Shown here piece by piece: positions 9,996 to 18,929 of a stretch of 64,000 bases of DNA. Numbering within the stretch: the stretch's first letter is position 1; every line of letters starts with the position of its first letter. The translations under genes and the position numbers were made by a program. The notes below the pieces were generated by a model. The model worked only from the letters and a program-made list of their open reading frames with translations. It made no database searches and was not told the origin of the DNA. The stretch is from an uncultured Gammaproteobacteria bacterium (GTDB taxonomy: Bacteria > Patescibacteriota > Microgenomatia > Levybacterales > UBA12049), in NCBI GenBank assembly GCA_964610465.1, contig CAZSWA010000001.1, positions 79,023 to 143,022 of the forward strand. The letters run 5' to 3'.

Positions 9996-11140
9996 GAGGA
10001 TAATTTATGTCTTCCTGAGATTGCTGCAAGGAGTGTCTCTGACATGCCGCCAAGGGACAGTAAAAAACCAATGAAAGCCACAAGCCAGCCTATTATGGGA
10101 ATAAAGAGAAGCAAAGCCAAAATAATTGGTCCAACAATTGCTGCTTTCCAGTCAAGTGTATACTCTCTTTTCTGAGATTTTTCCCACAGATGCAAAACAA
10201 ACCAGCCAAACAATACTTTTTCAAAAATAGTTGAAAGGAAAAGAAGTAAAAGATAAAACAGCATAAGAAGGATACCAGGAAGAATAAACACAAGAAGAAT
10301 AAGGCTTACAATAGGTACAATAATAAGAAAGACAAGTCCTAACAGAAAACTTCGTATAGGGTTTGTCTTGATACGTTTGATAGTATAGAGAGAATATTTG
10401 GCAAAAAAAGTGATAAAGAGAAACGTTACAGCGATATCGATAAGTAATTTGTATAAGGTAAACCAACTTAATGAATTGTGAATTGATTTTACAAATCTGT
10501 TTTGTCGTTGTGTTTGGGTAAAATGAGTAGTGCCTTTTATACTTGCGCCATTTTCAATTTGAGCTTTTTGAGGTGAAGAGTAGGTAAGATTGCCATTGAT
10601 ATATGTTTTGGGTCCCAGTGTCAGCTGACGTATATTGCCGCTTACATCACCGCCAACAACATTATCAATTCGGACTGCTCCGCCGTTTATCACAAGCTTG
10701 CCATTTACAGGCGCTTCAACATCTAAACTGCCTCCTGCAAATACCACATCTCCATTTACTCTTGCGTGAGAAGTAAGTATGACGTTGCCTCCGAGAATTA
10801 CTACGTCACGGGCTACAGCGCCGTCAATTGTAATATTGCCTCCGGCAACTCGTATTGTATTTCCCACATTGCCATGAATAATGATGGTCCCTCCTGCTGC
10901 AAGGACACTGCCTGAGACATCAGCGTTTACATTTATATTTCCACCTGCAGCAACTAAGTCATTGGTAATAGGTGTATCAGTAATAAGAGTTCCACCAAAA
11001 AGATACACATCATGGAGATTGGTGTTGGTTTTATCAAGTGTCACAGTTTTATTCGCATGAAAATCAGCAGCATATAAAGATGTCGTAGAGAAGAGAAATA
11101 CCAAAAATGAAAACAAAATGGAGGCAAGTATTTTTTTCAT
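9992..11140 (-). CDS. membrane protein with extracytoplasmic bactofilin-like (DUF583/CcmA-type) beta-helical repeat domain
   Basis: An N-terminal signal peptide (MKKILASILFSFLVFLFSTTSLYA) is followed by repeated G-x-V/I-x-G-N/D turns (HGNVGNTIRVAGGNITIDGAVARDVVILGGNVILTSHARVNGDVVFAGGSLDV...). The C-terminal ~150 aa is very hydrophobic with multiple transmembrane segments. Confidence 0.6.
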   Translation of the reverse strand: MKKILASILFSFLVFLFSTTSLYAADFHANKTVTLDKTNTNLHDVYLFGGTLITDTPITNDLVAAGGNINVNADVSGSVLAAGGTIIIHGNVGNTIRVAGGNITIDGAVARDVVILGGNVILTSHARVNGDVVFAGGSLDVEAPVNGKLVINGGAVRIDNVVGGDVSGNIRQLTLGPKTYINGNLTYSSPQKAQIENGASIKGTTHFTQTQRQNRFVKSIHNSLSWFTLYKLLIDIAVTFLFITFFAKYSLYTIKRIKTNPIRSFLLGLVFLIIVPIVSLILLVFILPGILLMLFYLLLLFLSTIFEKVLFGWFVLHLWEKSQKREYTLDWKAAIVGPIILALLLFIPIIGWLVAFIGFLLSLGGMSETLLAAISGRHKLSS

Positions 11141-11222
11141 GCTACATTCATTGTAGATCTTTTTCCTATGTTGTCTATACTACAAATAACACTATTAAAA
11201 AATTTCTTATGGAAAACTGCGT

Positions 11223-11834
11223 CTACAACTTTTTGAGAAGCTTAGATAACTTTTGCATATCTTCCTGAAGCTTGGTCAGAACTGTTTTACTTCTAAGGGC
11301 TGCTGCAGGATGAAAAAGCGGAAAAATACGAAGAGGTTTCCCATTCCACGTTATCTCTACGACCTTTCCATGTATTTGAGAGATTTTTTCATCAGGCAAA
11401 AATTTCATCATAGCAAATCTGCCAAGTGGAATAACAAGCTTTGGATGTATAATCTGAAGTTCTTCATTTACATATGGAGTAAATGCAGCAATCTCTTCAG
11501 GTGTAGGAGGACGGTTATTGGGAGGTCTAAAGCGAACGACATTTGAGATATATATGTCTTGTCGAGTAAGTCCAATGCCTTGAAGTAATGTATCAAGTAG
11601 TCTCCCTGCTCTTCCCACAAATGGTCTTCCAAGTAAATCTTCCTGCTTGCCAGGTGCTTCGCCCAAAAAATAAAGTGTACTGTCAGGATTCCCTTCACCA
11701 AATACCAACTGCGTTGCAGTGTCTTTGAGTGGAAGCGAGGTATCTTTTTCTATTTTCTTTTTTAACTCTTCAAGTGCTTGTTTTTTGTTCATTGGTTTGA
11801 TTATATACCAATACTTTTGAAAATCAGGAGGCAA
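11223..11834 (-). CDS. uracil-DNA glycosylase, family 4
   Basis: LYFLGEAPGKQEDLLGRPFVGRAGRLL and a C-terminal FHPAAALR are family-4 UDG motifs. The start codon is uncertain (alternative Met at 11792). Confidence 0.8.
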   Translation of the reverse strand: MPPDFQKYWYIIKPMNKKQALEELKKKIEKDTSLPLKDTATQLVFGEGNPDSTLYFLGEAPGKQEDLLGRPFVGRAGRLLDTLLQGIGLTRQDIYISNVVRFRPPNNRPPTPEEIAAFTPYVNEELQIIHPKLVIPLGRFAMMKFLPDEKISQIHGKVVEITWNGKPLRIFPLFHPAAALRSKTVLTKLQEDMQKLSKLLKKL

Positions 11835-11836
11835 AA

Positions 11837-12526
11837 TTATGCACCGGCTGCAGACTTACCAAGTTCTTCTACTTGTTGCATTTTGTCAGATATATCAAGA
11901 CGCGAAATATCAATGCCTTGCCTTTTGGCAATAAGAAGTCCTTGGATAATTCTTTTTGCTTTTTTAGCTTCAGAAGGCTTAAGATAGTGTATTACGACTG
12001 GCCCTCTTGCGCATTGTATTTTAAGGGTTGCAAGAAACGGGATACTTTCAACAATTACATCTGCTACTTCATTTATTTCTATACTTTTGGTAGATTCTGA
12101 TGCAAAAAATACTCTTGATACAATATTAATTTTTGTTGCATCGATACTAAGAGTATCCGGAAAAAGATCAAAAGGAAATACAGTTTTTATCTCAAGAAAT
12201 TTCTGTTGCGCCTCTTTACTAAGAAGATTTATTTTTTCTCTTGCTTCAGAGCGTAATCCTTCTTCTTTTCCCAACTTATAGGGATTTCTATGAGTGACTT
12301 CTTCACGCGCTCGTTGCCGAAATGCTTCTTCTATGCCTTGTTCATATGCTTTCTTTTGCGCTTGCGTATATTCTTCCTCAGACATAAGCTTTTTTGCAGT
12401 CTTTGGTGAAGTGATTATCTCATCGCCAAATTTGGGATTTTGGATACTTTCTTCTGTACTTTGTTTTCTAACTTCTTGTGTTTGGCTCGCTCTATCTTGT
12501 TCAAAAATGACTTTTTTCTTTCTCAT
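11837..12526 (-). CDS. hypothetical protein
   Basis: 229-aa ORF with a charged, Lys/Glu-rich N-terminal half and no recognised motif. Confidence 0.4.
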   Translation of the reverse strand: MRKKKVIFEQDRASQTQEVRKQSTEESIQNPKFGDEIITSPKTAKKLMSEEEYTQAQKKAYEQGIEEAFRQRAREEVTHRNPYKLGKEEGLRSEAREKINLLSKEAQQKFLEIKTVFPFDLFPDTLSIDATKINIVSRVFFASESTKSIEINEVADVIVESIPFLATLKIQCARGPVVIHYLKPSEAKKAKRIIQGLLIAKRQGIDISRLDISDKMQQVEELGKSAAGA

Positions 12527-12607
12527 AGTGTAGTGAAATTACTATTTTAGAGCAAGAAAAAGGATAAAGCATGGTAAGAGGCCAATAAGAAGGATAAGAC
12601 CAACTTT

Positions 12608-13114
12608 TTACTGTTTTTTAAAGGCAAGAGGTATAATTACTTTATTAATATGACTTCCATCTTTGGGAGAGCTTTGAAACACTTCAAGAAGTAGCTTTTC
12701 TTCTGAAGTAAGTGTAGGAGGTAAATGTACGGTATATACAAAATCACCAAATACTCCTGCATCGGACGCATTTGTCATGGTATTTGCTGCAAGATAAAGT
12801 GCACTGGAAGTAGCACTTTTGACTTCAATGGATACTACATTTTCAAAAACTCTTGCTTGTCCTTTGAGTACAAAATCTCTGCCAACAGTTTGGTTACTAT
12901 GCGGAGCAGATACTTTGATATTGGCTGATGAAGAGACAGATTGGAGAGTTGGTAAAGGAGTAAGAGATGGCGATATTTTAGTTTTGGTCGGAGTACTTTG
13001 GGAAGTTTTATATAGCGTATTTTGGATAAAGGTATCGCCATAAAACATCAGAAAAATCATAAAGAGAATGATAAAGAAGAATATTACCCATCCGATTTTC
13101 CGCGCCTTTGACAT
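12608..13114 (-). CDS. membrane-anchored protein with Gmad2-like immunoglobulin-like domain (tentative)
   Basis: An N-terminal transmembrane anchor and Ser/Thr/Pro linker are followed by a C-terminal ~100 aa beta-rich domain (VGRDFVLKGQARVFENVVSIEVKS...VYTVHLPP). The Gmad2 assignment is from memory. Confidence 0.4.
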   Translation of the reverse strand: MSKARKIGWVIFFFIILFMIFLMFYGDTFIQNTLYKTSQSTPTKTKISPSLTPLPTLQSVSSSANIKVSAPHSNQTVGRDFVLKGQARVFENVVSIEVKSATSSALYLAANTMTNASDAGVFGDFVYTVHLPPTLTSEEKLLLEVFQSSPKDGSHINKVIIPLAFKKQ

Positions 13115-13121
13115 ATGACTT

Positions 13122-13466
13122 TTATCTCATTAGTACGCTTTGGAGTACGACTGCATTGTTGTGAAGCGTATCTTTTGCAGCATAAATAAGCGTCACAGTG
13201 CCATTTTGCTGTTCAATGTCTTTAATCTTATCCAAAATCTCCTGTCGTTTCTTAAGCTCGTTCGTATATCGTTTTGCAAATTCAGGAAATTTTTTAGGGT
13301 CATGGGAAAACCATTTCCGAAGTGGAGGCGTTGGTGCAATTTGACGAAGCCAGATATCAATTTTACCGTCTTTTTTTGGTATTCCTCTTGGCCAAAGCCC
13401 GTCAACAAGTATCCGGAACCCGTCATCTTTACTATATTTGTCATAAGCACGCTTGATTTTTATCAT
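13122..13466 (-). CDS. DUF488 (YeaO-like) family protein
   Basis: MIKIKRAYD...[49 protein letters not shown] closely follows the DUF488 consensus. Confidence 0.75.
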   Translation of the reverse strand: MIKIKRAYDKYSKDDGFRILVDGLWPRGIPKKDGKIDIWLRQIAPTPPLRKWFSHDPKKFPEFAKRYTNELKKRQEILDKIKDIEQQNGTVTLIYAAKDTLHNNAVVLQSVLMR

Positions 13467-13475
13467 ACAGGAATA

Positions 13476-14414
13476 TTATACACCTATAGGCATTGAGGAG
13501 TTCTTCTCAGAAGCACTAAAAACTTCTCTAAAAAAAGGTCCTTGATATATACGCATTTGTTTTTCCTTATAGACAGAATTTTCAGGTTCTTCTAGAGTTA
13601 CTGTATTTTCATTGAACTTACTAAAATCTTGTCTTGCTATATAGAGCCGAAATTTGTTTAATTTTAATTTCTCTTTTCGATTTTCCTGATAAAGCTGTCG
13701 TAATCCCATTGCTTGTCTTATAACCTGTTCTGACTTACTTCCATTTCCTACTTCAATTACAATAAACTGATCTGCAATACCTAAAATATCAATACTACCG
13801 CATCCTCGAATATCTAGACTGGCTGCTTTTTGAAAGTTACTATCTAATTCCTGAATTTTATAGTCATTCATATACACCTCAGAAAAAGCACGAAGACCTT
13901 TCCTTGTTGACTGTATTGAATTATAAAACATATCTACCAAATGAATACCGTTTCGATTGATAAAATTTTGATGGAAGAAATGTTGTACACGTGCATGCCT
14001 GTTTTGCAGATAGTTATTATTATTTAGCCCGCATTTAAATGTCCCTAATGATTTTTTTTCTCTTTCATTTAGCATGCTTTTTATACTATTTAAATAAGCT
14101 CCCTCGCCTGTAAAAGTTTTATGCTGAACTGAAATGAGAGGCATTTTTATATGCCAAATCCCTTCTTGAACAGTCGAGAATCTTTGTTCATAATATTGTC
14201 CATCCTTGGTTACTATTCTCTCGTCAGCATCAACGATAGTATACCGTGCTCTTGTTGTTTCCAAATATTCCAATAGTTTTCTTTCTTCTTCAATCTTTTT
14301 CTCTTCTTTTGTTTGACGAAGGAGAACAGAATTCGGAAAATAACGCGAAGATAATTCTGGCGTACGAAAAGCGCCGGAAGGAGAATATGCAAAACCTCTT
14401 TCTGAGGGCGGCAT
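13476..14414 (-). CDS. hypothetical protein, possibly a PD-(D/E)xK-like nuclease fold
   Basis: 312-aa ORF. The segment LDIRGCGSIDILGIADQFIVIEVGNG resembles a D...D-x(n)-E-x-K nuclease core but lacks the Lys. It is co-directional and 30 nt downstream of paralog A. Confidence 0.35.
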   Translation of the reverse strand: MPPSERGFAYSPSGAFRTPELSSRYFPNSVLLRQTKEEKKIEEERKLLEYLETTRARYTIVDADERIVTKDGQYYEQRFSTVQEGIWHIKMPLISVQHKTFTGEGAYLNSIKSMLNEREKKSLGTFKCGLNNNNYLQNRHARVQHFFHQNFINRNGIHLVDMFYNSIQSTRKGLRAFSEVYMNDYKIQELDSNFQKAASLDIRGCGSIDILGIADQFIVIEVGNGSKSEQVIRQAMGLRQLYQENRKEKLKLNKFRLYIARQDFSKFNENTVTLEEPENSVYKEKQMRIYQGPFFREVFSASEKNSSMPIGV

Positions 14415-14444
14415 AATTTATTGTAGAGATTTTTGAAAAAGAGG

Positions 14445-15074
14445 TCAATCACCAAAACTTGCTTTATCAAGTATCATTTCTTTGGCAAAGAGATAGCCGC
14501 ATACCAATGCAGCTGGAAGAAAGGTATCAAACAGATTGCCGTCAAAATGAGTATCTTTGGTATAACGCTCAATCTTTTCTTTAAGAGGTGAAAGTTGTTT
14601 TAAGAATAACTCTAGGACTTCATCAATAGGTGAGAATACCTTGACGCCATCCATGAGTTGCTTCACAATTTTATTTTTGGCAAGCTTAATAGCGTATTTG
14701 TCAGTCTGTACTGCATAAGGCACATTGCCTTTAAAAAGACCACGTTCCTGAATATACATTTGTACGCCACACATCATGGAAAAATAAAACAATGTATACA
14801 GTCGTGAACGATAGACGCGTTTCATGCTTGGCATGGGAGAAAAATGGATAGTAGCAAATATCGCAGCAATTGAACGGCATTCATTACTAATTTCTTCCGG
14901 CATGAAGAACTTGGGGACTGGACTGTCATTGGTGAACCGGTCCATGGAGTAAATAATATCTTCCCAAATTATCTGTGCGATAGGATGTATAGTTTCCCCA
15001 GCATTCTGGGAGGGCAGTTTCTTCATAAATGCTGATGTGTTTAGTAATGTATCATAAAAACTCAAGAATGTCAC
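14445..15074 (-). CDS. hypothetical protein, unknown family (paralog A of 18331..18888)
   Basis: 209-aa ORF. It aligns with the 185-aa ORF at 18331..18888 (KFF[ML]P[DE]E..., L[FY]Y...G...Y[IL][QK]ER.F[KR].N..PY, K..K..K.[IL].DG, C-terminal GY.FAK). No known family recognised. Confidence 0.5.
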   Translation of the reverse strand: MTFLSFYDTLLNTSAFMKKLPSQNAGETIHPIAQIIWEDIIYSMDRFTNDSPVPKFFMPEEISNECRSIAAIFATIHFSPMPSMKRVYRSRLYTLFYFSMMCGVQMYIQERGLFKGNVPYAVQTDKYAIKLAKNKIVKQLMDGVKVFSPIDEVLELFLKQLSPLKEKIERYTKDTHFDGNLFDTFLPAALVCGYLFAKEMILDKASFGD

Positions 15075-15089
15075 GTAATAAAAATACTA

Positions 15090-16145
15090 TTGCACTCCAA
15101 AAAGATATATAATGAATCCAGATTACGTTTTATGTTTAAGGATTTCTTCATCCGCAATCTTGATTCTGATATCTATAGAGAGAATTTTTTGGTCTCTGCA
15201 ATTGTTTCTATCTTTGTAATACGAATTTTTCTCAGGCTTTCTCATTATCCGCAAATTGGAAGAGGAGAATTTCATGTTGCTCATCTCTTGTTTGGTGGGT
15301 TTTTTATGACAATTGCTATTATTATCATGTCTTCACTGCTTAGCAAAACCGCAATCAATATTGCATCAATACTCGGAGGCATCGGTTTTGGCACATTTAT
15401 TGATGAACTTGGAAAATTTATAACCAAAGACAATAATTATTTTTTTCAACCAACTATAGCTCTCATTTATATCATTTTTGTTCTACTCTATCTCGCCTTG
15501 AAATTTATTCCACGTCTTGGACAAATTACTCAAAAAGAATACCTAATTAATGCACTAGAGATGGTAAAAGAAGCGGCAGTAAACGATTTTGATATAGAGG
15601 AAGAGAAACAAGCACTTGAATATTTACGTCATTGTGACCCACAGGATCCGATCGTAAAGAATATCTATCAGCTTCTAGCACAGATTCATACTATTCCAAT
15701 GCAAAAACCCACTATACTGACTCGCTTTCGTGTACTACTTCGAAACTCGTATTATATGATTGCAAAATCAGGAATAATCCTTCAAATAATTATTATATTT
15801 CTTACCATTCAGGCTGTTATCAATATAGCAACTTCTGTATTGCTTTTTGTTTCACACATCCATATGGCATTTGATGAATGGGGTACACTTTATTCATCCA
15901 TACTTTCAGGAATTTTCGTGATTATTGGTCTTGTATCCCTTCGGTTTTCCAAAGAAGAAGCATATGCGTCTCTTAGGATATCAGTTCTTATTACGATCCT
16001 TATTACACAATTCTTTACATTTTTAAGAACTCCAAGTTTTGCGCTATTTTCTCTCGCAATAAATCTTTTCATCTATTTTGTTATCAATTATGCAACATTT
16101 AGAGAACAACAAAAAAAATACGTCCTCAAGAGCATGAATGTGTAA
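15090..16145 (+). CDS. polytopic membrane protein, unknown function
   Basis: 351-aa ORF with more than 8 hydrophobic helices. Divergent from paralog A. Confidence 0.5.
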   Translation: MHSKKIYNESRLRFMFKDFFIRNLDSDIYRENFLVSAIVSIFVIRIFLRLSHYPQIGRGEFHVAHLLFGGFFMTIAIIIMSSLLSKTAINIASILGGIGFGTFIDELGKFITKDNNYFFQPTIALIYIIFVLLYLALKFIPRLGQITQKEYLINALEMVKEAAVNDFDIEEEKQALEYLRHCDPQDPIVKNIYQLLAQIHTIPMQKPTILTRFRVLLRNSYYMIAKSGIILQIIIIFLTIQAVINIATSVLLFVSHIHMAFDEWGTLYSSILSGIFVIIGLVSLRFSKEEAYASLRISVLITILITQFFTFLRTPSFALFSLAINLFIYFVINYATFREQQKKYVLKSMNV

Positions 16146-16197
16146 ATAGAGCTAAATTGACTCTTGTATTTATGTATTTTTTTGTTAATATGCTTTT

Positions 16198-16674
16198 ATG
16201 GAAAGAGAAGGAGAGCAAAGAAAATCAAATTCAAGAAGAGCACAACGAAGAATTGAAAAAACTGTTGTATCTGCTTTCCAAAATCTTGTAGCAGAACATC
16301 AAGAACGACAGGAATTGTTAGATGCACATGTGCAAGGCTATGACCAAGAAAAAAGAACTATACCTCTTGTCAGATGGGAGTCTGGAGATTTGAAGAAAGA
16401 TATTTCAGCAGCTACCCTTATTAAGGGTGGCATTGTTATCTTTGGAGAAGCCTACAGCTTTCGAGATCAAAAAGATGCTGATGGAGAAACGGTAACTGTC
16501 ACTCGAGTAAAGTTTACTCGAGGAGAAGAAGTTATGCCCCCATTGAGGAAGAAGAAAATTCAGAACGCTGCAGAAGTAATTTTCCAGCAAATTAATCCCG
16601 TACAAGAAATGGATGTACCAATTCATGACATAATTAAAAATCACAAAAGTATTCTCAAGGAGGAAAAGAGTTAA
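16198..16674 (+). CDS. hypothetical protein
   Basis: 158-aa ORF with no motif recognised. Confidence 0.4.
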   Translation: MEREGEQRKSNSRRAQRRIEKTVVSAFQNLVAEHQERQELLDAHVQGYDQEKRTIPLVRWESGDLKKDISAATLIKGGIVIFGEAYSFRDQKDADGETVTVTRVKFTRGEEVMPPLRKKKIQNAAEVIFQQINPVQEMDVPIHDIIKNHKSILKEEKS

Positions 16675-16699
16675 GAAAATATCCTTTTTTGGTATCTCG

Positions 16700-16975
16700 T
16701 TAATTCTTCTTAAGACTTCCTGATTGTAAATGTCCTTCTGTCATAGCGAGAAGTTTTGAAAGCTCCTGCAAAAACTTCTTTGCATGCGTTCTACTCATAC
16801 CAATACGAGTTACAATACGCACTTGATTAGTGTTGAAAACTTTTTGTCCAATATCCAGCACAATTCCATCTTCATTAGCATTCATAAAAATATTATCAGT
16901 ATACAAAATTGGAGTTTGATCTAAATTAATATTAAGTCCTACCTGCTGTTCATTTTTTGGCTTTTTTTCATCCAT
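16700..16975 (-). CDS. DUF3467 family protein
   Basis: Core NIFMNANEDGIVLDIGQ...RIVTRIGMSRTHAKKFLQELSKLL fits DUF3467. The start is assigned to the Met at 16975, preceded by a perfect RBS (AAAGGAGG, 6-nt spacer on the minus strand). The longer ORF-track start would run into the metK leader. Confidence 0.6.
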   Translation of the reverse strand: MDEKKPKNEQQVGLNINLDQTPILYTDNIFMNANEDGIVLDIGQKVFNTNQVRIVTRIGMSRTHAKKFLQELSKLLAMTEGHLQSGSLKKN

Positions 16976-17059
16976 ATATTCCTCCTTTCGTTCTGTAAGT
17001 ATAGCATGAAAAGCAACACATATTGCAAAATCATTATTGTTGTGGTTTAATTTATTGAG

Positions 17060-17216
17060 TACATCAAGAGAGGTGGTTATACTGAATTGTAGAACCATCC
17101 GGCAACCGTTTCATAATAGCGGTGCCTATATGATTTTCTGCGTCAGCAGAAAATCAGATGCGGCTGTAAAGCAAAATTATCTTTGAGCCTCTCTTGTTAT
17201 ACAGAGAGGTTTTTTA
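17060..17216 (+). promoter_or_regulatory. candidate SAM-I (S-box)-like riboswitch with intrinsic terminator in metK leader
   Basis: The leader contains AUCAAGAGAGGUGG, then ...CCGGCAACC-(13 nt loop)-GGUGCC (P3 with the bulged A as in SAM-I), a CUGC-GUCA-GCAG P4-like hairpin and AGAUG. This is followed by the hairpin GCCUCUCU-uguuauaca-GAGAGGU plus U6 ending 1 nt before the metK ATG. The GAGAGG RBS lies inside the terminator stem. The P2/pseudoknot region deviates from consensus. Confidence 0.5.
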
Positions 17217-18329
17217 ATGGCAAAAATAACTACTTTCACATCGGAATCCGTATGTGCAGGGCATCCTGATAAAGTATGCGATCAGGTAAGTGATGCGATA
17301 GTTGATGCTGTTTTGACAGAAGACAATTATGGCAGGGTCGCAGTTGAGACGGCCGTAACATACAACCATATGTTGATTGCAGGAGAAGTAACCACTCACG
17401 CAAAAATAGATTACAAAAAAATAGCCAGAGAACAAATAAAAAAGCTAGGATATACAGATGATATTCTTCATTTCAGTTACAAATCTCCAATTGATGTACA
17501 TGTGCATGAGCAATCACCTGAAATTGCAGTAGGAGTTAAGAAAAAGGGGGCAGGAGATCAAGGTATGATGTTTGGCTATGCGTGTACAGAGACGAAAGAG
17601 CTAATGCCTTTACCAATTACTTTAGCTCATGAAATTACCAAAAAAATAGACGAAGTGCGGGAGAAAAAGATTCTTCCTTATCTTCGACCAGATGGCAAAA
17701 GTCAGGTAACTGTTGAATATGAAAATGGCAAACCAAAACGAGTTTCAGCAATTGTAGTGGCAGTTCCTCATGAAGAGTCGATTCATTTACCACAGGTGAA
17801 AAAAGATATTTACAAAAAGGTGATAGTGCCAGTACTTACTCAATTTGGATATTCAATTTCTTTGAAAGATTTTATTGTCAATGGTACAGGAGTTTGGCAT
17901 ATCGGAGGACCGGCCTCTGATACGGGTATTACAGGCCGTAAAATCGTTGTTGACACATATGGCGGCTACGCAAGGGTAGGTGGAGGAGCATTCAGCGGCA
18001 AAGACCCAACTAAAGTTGATAGATCAGGGGCTTACGCAGCACGTTTCTTGGCAAAAAATATTGTGGCGCACAAACTTGCAGAGAAAGCTGAAGTGAGACT
18101 TGCATATTCTATCGGTGCTCAAAAACCACTTATGCAAGAAGTTGAGATCTTTGGAACTGCAAAAAAGTCAAACAAAATTATTTCAGACTTTATCAAAAAG
18201 TTGCTTGATACTTCAGTTGAAGGAATACTTGATGGACTCAATCTCAGACGTCCTATTTATCTGCCCACTGCTGCGTATGGTCATTTTGGCCGAGAAGAAT
18301 TCCCTTGGGAAAATATAAAACTTCTCTAG
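17217..18329 (+). CDS. metK: S-adenosylmethionine synthetase
   Basis: N-terminal FTSESVCAGHPDKVCDQVSDAIVDAVL, GAGDQGMMFGYA and GGGAFSGKDPTKVDRSGAYAAR are MetK signatures. Confidence 0.9.
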   Translation: MAKITTFTSESVCAGHPDKVCDQVSDAIVDAVLTEDNYGRVAVETAVTYNHMLIAGEVTTHAKIDYKKIAREQIKKLGYTDDILHFSYKSPIDVHVHEQSPEIAVGVKKKGAGDQGMMFGYACTETKELMPLPITLAHEITKKIDEVREKKILPYLRPDGKSQVTVEYENGKPKRVSAIVVAVPHEESIHLPQVKKDIYKKVIVPVLTQFGYSISLKDFIVNGTGVWHIGGPASDTGITGRKIVVDTYGGYARVGGGAFSGKDPTKVDRSGAYAARFLAKNIVAHKLAEKAEVRLAYSIGAQKPLMQEVEIFGTAKKSNKIISDFIKKLLDTSVEGILDGLNLRRPIYLPTAAYGHFGREEFPWENIKLL

Positions 18330-18330
18330 A

Positions 18331-18888
18331 TTATTCAAGAAGATTTTTGGCAAAATTGTAGCCCCAGTAGAGTGAAAGCTTTGAATAATCATGAAATTTG
18401 ATTTTATTTATTCTATGTCCTTTCATACGGAGCTCTTCAAGCTTGATATAGTTTTTGATATTTTCAACAATAATATCAATTATTCTATCTGCAAGAGGAG
18501 TTGAGACTATCTCACCATCTGAAATAATTTTTAATGTTTTTTTCTGCACTTTTCTTATAAATCTTCCATCTATAGGAAATACATAGGGTGCAGAATTAGT
18601 GCGAAACGAACGTTCCTTAAGATAAATATTACAGCCGTAGGTGACAATCGTATAGTAAAAGAGAAGAGACGGAGTACCTTTTACTTCTTCAGGTTCGAGT
18701 ACTGGGTTAAAAATTGATGCTGAGAAGCCACCAGCTAGACCATAACATGCATGAGCTACTTCATCAGGAAGAAAAAATTTTGCAACTGCACTATCATGCG
18801 TATATTTATTGATAAGTTCAAATATCTCACTCGCAATAAGAAGGGATTGCTCATCAAGCTTAATGGTATTTTGTTGCCCTATTTTCAC
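18331..18888 (-). CDS. hypothetical protein, unknown family (paralog B of 14445..15074)
   Basis: 185-aa ORF homologous to 14445..15074. It lies 41 nt downstream of, and co-directional with, the PP2C gene. Confidence 0.5.
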   Translation of the reverse strand: MKIGQQNTIKLDEQSLLIASEIFELINKYTHDSAVAKFFLPDEVAHACYGLAGGFSASIFNPVLEPEEVKGTPSLLFYYTIVTYGCNIYLKERSFRTNSAPYVFPIDGRFIRKVQKKTLKIISDGEIVSTPLADRIIDIIVENIKNYIKLEELRMKGHRINKIKFHDYSKLSLYWGYNFAKNLLE

Positions 18889-18929
18889 TAGTTGCTAGGA
18901 TAATTGGCATCGTACATTCTGTCAAGAAA

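Noticed and set aside
16976-17098. N-terminal 41 codons of the ORF-track call 16700..17098 (DUF3467 gene)
   Set aside because: An internal Met at 16975 is preceded by a perfect AAAGGAGG RBS. The DUF3467 homology starts there. The upstream extension would overlap the riboswitch-like metK leader on the opposite strand.
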